DNA from: a virus | Strand: one strand, 5' to 3' | Length of the DNA: 31,863 nucleotides | Virus record (IMG/VR): IMGVR_UViG_3300031867_006616 | Location: 1 to 31,863 of that record | The notes under the pieces: generated by a model | Databases searched by the model: none | What the model was told of the DNA's origin: nothing | The model's input: only the letters and a program-made list of their open reading frames with translations | Translations under genes and position numbers: made by a program | In this document: piece after piece, positions 1 through 6,961 of the stretch | How positions within the stretch are numbered: position 1 is the first letter of the stretch | Layout of the letters: every line of letters begins with the position of its first letter

Positions 1-166
1 TGGCACTACAGTCTTTGCAACAGTATACTTGTCTATGGTGAGTTGGTGTATAGTAATTGCCACAATAATGGCATTTTTTCACTATACTTGCTTTATTTAA
101 ATGCAACACTTCACCATTCGTATACTTTCCTCTTAACCATTGGATTTCCTTGTACGATAATTTCAT
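1..166 (-). CDS. Zinc-finger protein, runs off the left edge (not in ORF track)
   Basis: ATG at 166-164 overlaps the TAA of the upstream ORF. Manual translation gives MKLSYKEIQWLRGKYTNGEVLHLNKASIVKKCHYCGNYYTPTHHRQVYCCKDCSA..., with a CxxCG...QxYCxxxC pattern. Confidence 0.7.
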   Translation of the reverse strand, partial: MKLSYKEIQWLRGKYTNGEVLHLNKASIVKKCHYCGNYYTPTHHRQVYCCKDCSA

Positions 167-405
167 TATTCATCATCTTCCATCCAATCATACTCATCGC
201 TCTCATCATCTTCATTGAAATCAAGTTCAAAATCATAATGATGGAAACATATTTCATTCAGTAATAAGAATATCACAAGAGTTATGCTCCAGTAGTAACT
301 GCCAGTAGCACCAGTACAATCTGCTACGAACATACCAACAAGGATCATTGCAACTTGACATAATAGGAAGATGAAAAAAAGAATGAAATAAAAAATTGGA
401 TTCAT
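166..405 (-). CDS. Small membrane protein with highly acidic C-terminal tail
   Basis: 79 aa with two hydrophobic stretches, then HHYDFELDFNEDDESDEYDWMEDDE. Start and stop overlap both neighbours. Confidence 0.7.
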   Translation of the reverse strand: MNPIFYFILFFIFLLCQVAMILVGMFVADCTGATGSYYWSITLVIFLLLNEICFHHYDFELDFNEDDESDEYDWMEDDE

Positions 406-683
406 TCACTATCACCAATTTCCTTAAGCATAATTTGGAACAGTCTTTTTTTAGATTCAAGGGTTGTTCTTAACATACGATATTGTAATCTTATCTCACC
501 GATTTGTGTTTCAATATAAGCATCTTTTTCTGCAACAGTTGGTTTCGCTTTGCCGATTACTGCACCGAAATCTGTTCCAAGCAAAATGTTGGCTCTTTCT
601 TGCTCATAATCAAATTTACTGTTCCAGTAATCAGTTTCCATCTCTTCAATCTCATCGTTAAGTTTTTTTATCTCATCATTCAT
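402..683 (-). CDS. Hypothetical coiled-coil protein
   Basis: 93 aa with heptad-like EIKKLNDEIEEME. Overlaps both neighbours in the operon. Confidence 0.7.
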   Translation of the reverse strand: MNDEIKKLNDEIEEMETDYWNSKFDYEQERANILLGTDFGAVIGKAKPTVAEKDAYIETQIGEIRLQYRMLRTTLESKKRLFQIMLKEIGDSE

Positions 684-1071
684 TGTAATTCCTCATTGGT
701 TTTATGTTGAGTTGTTTTCTAATCTTGTTTAACTGGTTTTTATCCCAGTTCACTTTTATTAATTCTTTTTTCACTTTCCTTGCAATTTCCAATGTTTCAT
801 AATTGCCAAAGTAGACATTATTCTTTCGGATAATAAACCCTTTTCTACCTTTCAATATGCTAATATAAGTATCATTGAAATCCTTTTGTGCTTTTTTTCT
901 TGGCAATCCAGTTGCTTTCTTTGAGTAGCCATCTTTTCGTATTATTCTTCGCATAATCCATCTGTACTGTCTTGGAGTAAGTGTGTATTTTGCTTGAAGA
1001 TTATAAGCACTCATTCCTTGATCCAAATCTTTTAGAAAGTTAGTCCAGTTTATCGTTGGCTCTACCATCAT
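676..1071 (-). CDS. Putative DNA-binding protein with AP2-like C-terminal domain
   Basis: AGGTGA RBS. GFIIRKNNVYFGNYETLEIARKVKKELIKVNW resembles the AP2-like repeat common in methanogen proteins. Confidence 0.55.
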   Translation of the reverse strand: MMVEPTINWTNFLKDLDQGMSAYNLQAKYTLTPRQYRWIMRRIIRKDGYSKKATGLPRKKAQKDFNDTYISILKGRKGFIIRKNNVYFGNYETLEIARKVKKELIKVNWDKNQLNKIRKQLNIKPMRNYNE

Positions 1072-1081
1072 TGTTTTTCAC

Positions 1082-1870
1082 CTAAACTAATTTTTTCTGT
1101 TCGTTCGCTTCGTTTATTCTCTGCTTTGCAATATCATAGTATTTTTCAACTTTTTCTATTCCTATGAAGTTACGATTGGTTTGTAAACAAGCAACACCAG
1201 TTGTTCCACTACCCATAAAACAATCCAATACTGTATCATTTGGGTTAGACCAAGAAAGAATATGGTCTTTCGCCAATTGCAAAGGGAACATTGCAGGGTG
1301 TCTGTATTTTTTTATTGCTGACTCTCCAATAGTATAATACCAAATATTTGATTTAATTTTTGTATCGTTGATTGTAGAATCTTTATTAACTCTTTCCATA
1401 CCATTAGGAGTTATCTTCTTGAAACTCTTTGCAGATTGTCCTTTATGTTTGCAAGGAACTCTTAATGGGTTACAAGTGTTTGGTTTCCCCTTTGAAAATA
1501 TGAACATATACTCAAAAGCATCACAATATCTTTTGTGGAATATTTGGGGCAAAGGATTATTTTTTGCAAATATCATAACATCGTGTAAATTAAAACCAAT
1601 TTCCTTGAAATATAATGCTTGATTGAATGAAGTTCCAGTTTTTGACCCATTCTTTGTTGAGTCATTAATAACCCATACAATAACACCACCATCTACAACA
1701 ATATCATATAACTCATTTGCAACTTTTTTAAAAATATCGAAATTCCATTCCAAAGAATTATTATAAGTACGAAGATTGTCATATGGTGGAGATGTAACTA
1801 CAAGGTCAATGCTCTCTCTCTCTAATGTTGGTAGAACATCTAAACAATCACCATTGATTAATTCCATCAT
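1082..1870 (-). CDS. Beta-class DNA methyltransferase, probably N4-cytosine
   Basis: N-terminal GDCL..L and DLVVTSPPY (SPPY). C-terminal HPAMFP and VLDCFMGSGTTGVA (FxGxG), so the catalytic motif precedes the SAM motif. Start moved from the track's GTG 1879 to ATG 1870 based on spacing from the AGGTGA RBS. Confidence 0.9.
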   Translation of the reverse strand: MMELINGDCLDVLPTLERESIDLVVTSPPYDNLRTYNNSLEWNFDIFKKVANELYDIVVDGGVIVWVINDSTKNGSKTGTSFNQALYFKEIGFNLHDVMIFAKNNPLPQIFHKRYCDAFEYMFIFSKGKPNTCNPLRVPCKHKGQSAKSFKKITPNGMERVNKDSTINDTKIKSNIWYYTIGESAIKKYRHPAMFPLQLAKDHILSWSNPNDTVLDCFMGSGTTGVACLQTNRNFIGIEKVEKYYDIAKQRINEANEQKKLV

Positions 1871-1875
1871 CATTT

Positions 1876-2109
1876 TCACCTATTGTATCGGTAAAGTTTA
1901 CTATTGTTGCTCTGTTTTTGCACTTCTAAATCACGAAAGTAATTCTTTTTCAAAAGGTTGCTCACTTTCGCAGATGAGAGTCCTTTACCTAATTTGCCCA
2001 GTTTGAAATCGTTTCCTTGTAGAAATTCGCTTATTTCTTTTGCAGAAATCCACTTGCCCTTATTAAGTACGAAGTAGCATTTGATTACTCCTTTGGCTCT
2101 TTCTTCCAT
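1876..2109 (-). CDS. Small winged-helix-like protein
   Basis: 77 aa, basic. WISAKEISEFL...LSSAKVSNLL...SKLYRY pattern. Confidence 0.5.
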   Translation of the reverse strand: MEERAKGVIKCYFVLNKGKWISAKEISEFLQGNDFKLGKLGKGLSSAKVSNLLKKNYFRDLEVQKQSNNSKLYRYNR

Positions 2110-2115
2110 TGGTTA

Positions 2116-2673
2116 TCACATCCTCTCTGTTCTGATAATGTAATGTGATGCTCTGAAATCATCTTCATACTTGGATGCAGTTGTCTTGTCTTGGTCTTGA
2201 TAATGATTACTTGAATAACTGTACTCCCTATCGTTAGGTTGTTCAAGTTTCTCTACCACTAATTGACATATTCTGCAACCATCTTCCAGTACGATTGGGT
2301 ATTTGTTCAAGTTCACTATTTCAAGTGTGATGTGTCCTTTGAAGTTTGGATCTATGAAACCACTTGTAATATGCACCAATAATCCAATCCTTGCAAGACT
2401 TGAAACTCCCTCTACTCTACCAACATAACCATTTGGTATATGCACCTTTTCCAATGTACTGATTAACACTAATTCGTTCGGTGGTATCACTACACGATTA
2501 AAGTTTTCCACCACATCAGTTTCATCTGCTAATGGTGGAACTATAACTCCTTTATTCAAACGAAAATGCAAATCAATACTGCTTGGTTGCAAATATAATG
2601 AATTGAAAGGTTGTATGAAATCAGAATGTTCTTTCTGAAGTTCCATTAGTCCTTTATCGCTTAAAATACTCAA
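2116..2673 (-). CDS. dcd: dCTP deaminase (possibly bifunctional dCTP deaminase/dUTPase)
   Basis: LQPSSIDL, GxSSLARIGL, SGFIDPNFKGHITLEI and RICQL motifs. Confidence 0.9.
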   Translation of the reverse strand: MSILSDKGLMELQKEHSDFIQPFNSLYLQPSSIDLHFRLNKGVIVPPLADETDVVENFNRVVIPPNELVLISTLEKVHIPNGYVGRVEGVSSLARIGLLVHITSGFIDPNFKGHITLEIVNLNKYPIVLEDGCRICQLVVEKLEQPNDREYSYSSNHYQDQDKTTASKYEDDFRASHYIIRTERM

Positions 2674-2946
2674 TTATTCACCATCCTTTTTAAACCAAAT
2701 GTTAAAGTTATTTGACATTGTAGTGGTGTGGATTTCTTTTATCTCTCCAAACTCCTCTTCAAATGCCCTTAACAATTCCATTGGTAAAAAATCAACAGTC
2801 CAAATTATGATAAATCTATCTTGGTTGAAATTGAACCAAGCAAGACTCCTATCGTAGCCATATTTTTCAAGTATGGCTTCCAGTTTCAATCCTAATTCAT
2901 TTTGCAAGGATTGTAACTGCTCCCTAATCTCAAAATACTTATCCAT
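2674..2946 (-). CDS. Hypothetical protein
   Basis: 90 aa ORF abutting dcd, with a GGTGGA RBS-like sequence upstream. Confidence 0.7.
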   Translation of the reverse strand: MDKYFEIREQLQSLQNELGLKLEAILEKYGYDRSLAWFNFNQDRFIIIWTVDFLPMELLRAFEEEFGEIKEIHTTTMSNNFNIWFKKDGE

Positions 2947-2955
2947 TTATTCCAC

Positions 2956-3711
2956 CTAAACTAATCTCTTCTGTTCATTTACTTCGTTTATTCTCTGCTT
3001 TGCAATGTTATAATAATTTTCATCTAATTCTATACCTATGAAATTACGATTTAAGTTTTGACAAGCAACTCCAGTTGAACCACTACCCATAGTAAAATCC
3101 AATATTGTATCATTTTCATTGGAATATGTCTTGACAAGATATTCCAATAAATCAACTGGCTTTTGAGTAGGATGAACCCTATTCTGCCCATTACACTCTT
3201 TTGCCTTTGCATTGAACTTTACAATGTTTGTAGGATATTTCATTTTAGTAAATTTAACTGGAACTGCCTTATAATCATTATACACATTAGGATTAGTATT
3301 AGTAGATGTCCGATTATGATTCTCTTCCTTACCCTCCCACATTATAGGATTATAAGTGCATTGCTTATCATAAAAAACCATAATATTCTCATATTGCCTC
3401 ATAGGTTGTTTCTTTGCATTTAAATGCCCACTTCTAACTACCTTATCCCATATAAAATCATATTTATAATTCTTAATGTTGCTTAATCGTACTTTGCTAC
3501 TGTAAGGTTCGTTACCAAATAGGATTACTGGGGCATTTCCTTTTTTGAGTTGGTTTAAGTAATCCCACATTTCATCTAAATGTATCATTATATCCCATTT
3601 GCATTGGGTTATATTGTAAGGTGGGTCTGTTAAAACCAAATCAACTTTGACATCTTTTTTGATAAGGTCTTGCATAACCTCCAAGCAGTCGCCATTAATT
3701 AATTTAATCAT
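2956..3711 (-). CDS. Beta-class DNA methyltransferase, probably N6-adenine
   Basis: GDCLEVM, DLVLTDPPY (DPPY), HPTQKPVDLL and ILDFTMGSGSTGVA. Confidence 0.9.
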   Translation of the reverse strand: MIKLINGDCLEVMQDLIKKDVKVDLVLTDPPYNITQCKWDIMIHLDEMWDYLNQLKKGNAPVILFGNEPYSSKVRLSNIKNYKYDFIWDKVVRSGHLNAKKQPMRQYENIMVFYDKQCTYNPIMWEGKEENHNRTSTNTNPNVYNDYKAVPVKFTKMKYPTNIVKFNAKAKECNGQNRVHPTQKPVDLLEYLVKTYSNENDTILDFTMGSGSTGVACQNLNRNFIGIELDENYYNIAKQRINEVNEQKRLV

Positions 3712-4373
3712 TATTCCACCTTTTTACCTAATGCTCTTAAAACCTCATCGGCAAGACTATCACCGATACCATCAACTGCCAGTAACTTTTTCTTATTAAG
3801 TTTCAACAAATCACGAAGATTTTTCAAGTTATGCAATGCTACAATATTCTCTGCCCTTTTCTGACTAATTCTTGGTATTGAAACCAAAAAATTATAACAA
3901 GGATTCCTTGACAGTTTCTCTACTGGTCTAACAACTCTCCTATTCGTATCATTGCACTTCTCAAACACAAATCGCATACATTGAAAAGCCTCTTTATCAT
4001 CCTTGAAAGTAACAACATTCGTATAAGTCAAAAGACTTGCCATTGCACTAAAGAAATGAGTCTTATGGAACTGCCTCTTGGTGTACCTTTTCCATTCATA
4101 ACAAGCAACATCAATTGATCCTACAACAAATACGAAATGGTAAGGGAAATTGTTCGCTTGGTCTATGGTTTCCTTTTTCAACCTACCATCGTAGATTGAT
4201 TGTATGAAGTCAATAGTGGTCTTGAACTCTATTACAGTATTCCCACAGACATAATCTCCATATTTGAGTTGGGTTTCCTCATAGTCATAGCCCCAAGCGA
4301 TGAATCTCCTTTCTGCATACTTTCTTCGTTCTTTGTGTTCCCTTGAGTCCATATAGATTTTTAAGTCAGTCAA
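3711..4373 (-). CDS. ERCC4 (XPF/Mus81/Hef-type) structure-specific nuclease with C-terminal helix-hairpin-helix pair
   Basis: IYMDSRE, GDYV, IEFKTTIDFIQSIYDGRL (ERKxxxD-like), then LVSIPRISQKRA and LAVDGIGDSLA HhH motifs. Confidence 0.88.
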   Translation of the reverse strand: MTDLKIYMDSREHKERRKYAERRFIAWGYDYEETQLKYGDYVCGNTVIEFKTTIDFIQSIYDGRLKKETIDQANNFPYHFVFVVGSIDVACYEWKRYTKRQFHKTHFFSAMASLLTYTNVVTFKDDKEAFQCMRFVFEKCNDTNRRVVRPVEKLSRNPCYNFLVSIPRISQKRAENIVALHNLKNLRDLLKLNKKKLLAVDGIGDSLADEVLRALGKKVE

Positions 4374-4833
4374 GTTCCACCACCTTGAACCTTACGAAGT
4401 TTTGGAATCCATCTAAATCGAATGGGTTGTCGATGGCTTCAATGAACTCTAATTTGATATTGATTGGTTCTAATGCTTTGTTGAGATTGCTTAAATTTAT
4501 AGGTGCAGTTTCAGTTTCCATATACTTTTCAACTTCATCGTTGGATAGTGTTCTGTTCTCTACGATGATGCACTTGTCTTGTCTGAAACCCATAACCTTA
4601 CGATTGTTAGTTGTTTCACCAACAATATCGAAGAGTTTATCCCAATCAATATTATCACAATATTTCTCTTCAAGTTCATCGAAGAATTTCACTAAATTTT
4701 CTGTATCCATTCCATCTTCTTTGGCTTTCTCTCTTGCAAAACCAATGAAATCATCAAGTTTATCTTCTTTAACAAGATTGCCAATGATGTTTGAAATAAG
4801 AATGTTAGATAAGTCTTTCATCATCTCTTCCAT
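4366..4833 (-). CDS. Hypothetical acidic protein
   Basis: 155 aa ORF, coupled to the upstream stop by TAATG. Confidence 0.75.
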   Translation of the reverse strand: MEEMMKDLSNILISNIIGNLVKEDKLDDFIGFAREKAKEDGMDTENLVKFFDELEEKYCDNIDWDKLFDIVGETTNNRKVMGFRQDKCIIVENRTLSNDEVEKYMETETAPINLSNLNKALEPINIKLEFIEAIDNPFDLDGFQNFVRFKVVELD

Positions 4834-5009
4834 TATTTCTCAACTCCTTGTAATTGTGGTATTAATGTTTTCAAGTAAGCTGAATATTCATCTCTCTTTT
4901 TCCTTAACTCCTCACCTTTTTTGTAGTCAATGTGTTCGGTTGCAAGGATCTTGTCAATGTTCTCAATATTGGAACGAACTATCCTTGCCACTTCATTTAT
5001 CGGATTCAT
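4833..5009 (-). CDS. Small hypothetical protein, 58 aa (not in ORF track)
   Basis: Manual translation MNPINEVARIVRSNIENIDKILATEHIDYKKGEELRKKRDEYSAYLKTLIPQLQGVEK. Fills the operon gap and overlaps both neighbours. Confidence 0.65.
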   Translation of the reverse strand: MNPINEVARIVRSNIENIDKILATEHIDYKKGEELRKKRDEYSAYLKTLIPQLQGVEK

Positions 5010-5121
5010 CTTCTCTCTCCATTGGTTTTAATCTGAAGATAGTGCCACATTTTTGGCACTCTTCATCACCATATTCGTTGATTTCGTGCAATTCACCATT
5101 GCAAATGTTACAGTATCTCAT
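4993..5121 (-). CDS. Zinc-ribbon mini-protein, 42 aa (not in ORF track)
   Basis: MRYCNICNGELHEINEYGDEECQKCGTIFRLKPMEREDESDK, with CxxC-15-CxxC. GGTGA RBS and ATGA overlap with the upstream stop. Confidence 0.7.
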   Translation of the reverse strand: MRYCNICNGELHEINEYGDEECQKCGTIFRLKPMEREDESDK

Positions 5122-5255
5122 CTTTTATCACCAAAGGTTAGGTTGTATGGGAAATATGCTCCCAATATTTCATTCATTCGTTCATCATCTATTTTCCCAT
5201 CTTTGCAACATTTGTGCAAGATGTTTAAAAATTCCTTGTTTGTTAATGTAGCCAT
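5118..5255 (-). CDS. Small hypothetical protein, 45 aa (not in ORF track)
   Basis: MATLTNKEFLNILHKCCKDGKIDDERMNEILGAYFPYNLTFGDKR. Start overlaps the primase 3' end. Confidence 0.55.
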   Translation of the reverse strand: MATLTNKEFLNILHKCCKDGKIDDERMNEILGAYFPYNLTFGDKR

Positions 5256-6208
5256 TGTTTTGCTCCTTGTGTTATCCAATATTCTTGTTTCGGTTGCTCT
5301 ACCAGTCCTTTCTTGATTAATGTGAAGATGTTCCCTTTTTCACCACAACTGGCACAAAAGTAATGTGTTGGGGTTATGCAGAAACTTGGGTTGCTTGTTG
5401 CAGTTTCGTGGAATGGGCAACAACACCATACTGTATCTCCATAGCTTCTTACTTTGTGCAATGGGAAAATGTTTCTGAATACATCTCTCAAATCTAATGA
5501 AAGCAAATCATCTTCGGTTTTCAATCGGTCTGCATACTGCAACCTTTTGGTTTCAATCTCTTCAAGTGCCTCTTTGTATTTTCTAAAGGCACTTCGGATT
5601 ATCTTATCGTGATAGTGCATTGCCTCTTCATAGTAATCCAAGTTTTCGTTTATATCGTGAAATTTACCTTGCTTGATATAGACCACTTGATTAGTTTTAG
5701 GATGAGTAGAACCTATGACACGAATATTGCCATCAAGACTTGCATTAAAATTAACTTCATCAAGACTATTCAATTTAAATGAGTCTAACTGCAATAATTC
5801 AATAACATAATACTTAAAGAAAAGACTTGGCTCTTCAATAGGTTCGTGATTGAATAACTTGAAATTAGTAGGTGGAATCTGCACATACAAATGATAACCC
5901 TTATTAGTGCTATCCACGATGACACAGTCAATCCCTTTCCTTTCAAGGAACTTACTGATAGTCAAGCAGTCATTCCAAGCCAACTCCTTATCATCTTCAC
6001 TATCAAAATCCAGTATGATATTCCAAACAACACCATCCTTACCATACTTTGTAATGTAAAGATCAGAGTCTTTAGGTTGATTTTCAACTAATCTTTCAAG
6101 TTGATCCACACTTTTTATCCTAACTCTTCTTGCATTACGATTACGATTACGATAAACAGTAGTAAGGTAGTGTTGCTTATCTTCAAAGATTTCTAAAGTT
6201 CTCATCAT
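5243..6208 (-). CDS. Archaeo-eukaryotic primase (AEP/PrimPol-like) with C-terminal CHC2-type zinc finger
   Basis: IILDFD (motif I), STNKGYHLY (motif II), RVIGSTHPKT (motif III region). C-terminal CCCPFHE...NPSF...YFCASCGEKGNIF. Confidence 0.8.
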   Translation of the reverse strand: MMRTLEIFEDKQHYLTTVYRNRNRNARRVRIKSVDQLERLVENQPKDSDLYITKYGKDGVVWNIILDFDSEDDKELAWNDCLTISKFLERKGIDCVIVDSTNKGYHLYVQIPPTNFKLFNHEPIEEPSLFFKYYVIELLQLDSFKLNSLDEVNFNASLDGNIRVIGSTHPKTNQVVYIKQGKFHDINENLDYYEEAMHYHDKIIRSAFRKYKEALEEIETKRLQYADRLKTEDDLLSLDLRDVFRNIFPLHKVRSYGDTVWCCCPFHETATSNPSFCITPTHYFCASCGEKGNIFTLIKKGLVEQPKQEYWITQGAKQWLH

Positions 6209-6350
6209 AAAACCTCTTCAAACTTGGATTATGGGATAAGTTCTCTTCCAATCGCTCATCGAAAGGTTTGCTACCATCCCAATCATAACTTGCAATAATC
6301 ACTTTCTTCAATTCCCTACACTTCTTACTGAAATCATTTTCAATCGACAT
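6183..6350 (-). CDS. Small hypothetical protein, 55 aa (not in ORF track)
   Basis: MSIENDFSKKCRELKKVIIASYDWDGSKPFDERLEENLSHNPSLKRFYDENFRNL. TGATG coupling to the upstream ORF. Confidence 0.5.
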   Translation of the reverse strand: MSIENDFSKKCRELKKVIIASYDWDGSKPFDERLEENLSHNPSLKRFYDENFRNL

Positions 6351-6511
6351 CACCTCATTACTCTCAAGATGTTATCTCCACCAGTCTTGATGTTCACACC
6401 ACTAAATCCTAACTCTTCAAGCAAACATCTTAAACAATACAATTCATAAGCGATTAACAAGTTATCGCTAAACTTTCTTGTTTCGATTGCATAATCCTCT
6501 AAACTTTTCAT
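6350..6511 (-). CDS. Small hypothetical protein, 53 aa (not in ORF track)
   Basis: AGGTGA RBS. MKSLEDYAIETRKFSDNLLIAYELYCLRCLLEELGFSGVNIKTGGDNILRVMR. Confidence 0.6.
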   Translation of the reverse strand: MKSLEDYAIETRKFSDNLLIAYELYCLRCLLEELGFSGVNIKTGGDNILRVMR

Positions 6512-6519
6512 AATTTCAC

Positions 6520-6696
6520 CTAATAAAAATACATACAGAAATCTGCATAATCTTTAATGATATGCTCTTTCCTTACTTTTTCATTTACATTCTCAACTTT
6601 AACGAAAGGATTATCCTTTTCAGTAACCACTTTTGTGGCTAATTCTTTTGAATCGGTAAAGAAACTATTACCAATTGCATCACTTACTCTCAACAT
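6520..6696 (-). CDS. Small hypothetical protein, 58 aa (not in ORF track)
   Basis: GAGAGGTGAAATAAT-ATG leader. MLRVSDAIGNSFFTDSKELATKVVTEKDNPFVKVENVNEKVRKEHIIKDYADFCMYFY. Confidence 0.65.
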   Translation of the reverse strand: MLRVSDAIGNSFFTDSKELATKVVTEKDNPFVKVENVNEKVRKEHIIKDYADFCMYFY

Positions 6697-6697
6697 A

Positions 6698-6961
6698 TTA
6701 TTTCACCTCTCCTCTAACGAAATAAATAAGGTACATTTCCCTTAAATCATATAATATACTTTCAACATCTAACTTTGGGAATCTTTGAAAAACCTTAATG
6801 GCTTCGATTGGAGCATTTTTCTTAATGTAAGTGTAAATGTACTTATAATCCCTATCAAGCAGTTTCACACTTACTGGGTTGCCCTCATCTTCAATCATTA
6901 TCTTCGCAGTTTCCCATACCACTCTTTCATTGAAATCAATAACTTCCATACTTATAACCAT
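6698..6961 (-). CDS. Hypothetical protein
   Basis: 87 aa ORF overlapping the helicase 3' end. The true start may be the internal ATG at 6949. Confidence 0.65.
   Translation of the reverse strand: MVISMEVIDFNERVVWETAKIMIEDEGNPVSVKLLDRDYKYIYTYIKKNAPIEAIKVFQRFPKLDVESILYDLREMYLIYFVRGEVK

Noticed and set aside
1082-4373. Restriction-modification system formed by the MTases and the ERCC4 nuclease
   Set aside because: ERCC4-HhH2 proteins are structure-specific (branch/flap) nucleases, not sequence-specific restriction enzymes. No REase-like ORF was recognised.
4343-5251. 302-aa plus-strand ORF antisense to four early genes
   Set aside because: The Ser/Leu/Phe-rich product is typical of a shadow frame of GAA/GAT/AAA-rich genes. 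It has no RBS and no recognisable motif, and the minus strand is fully tiled by coupled ORFs.
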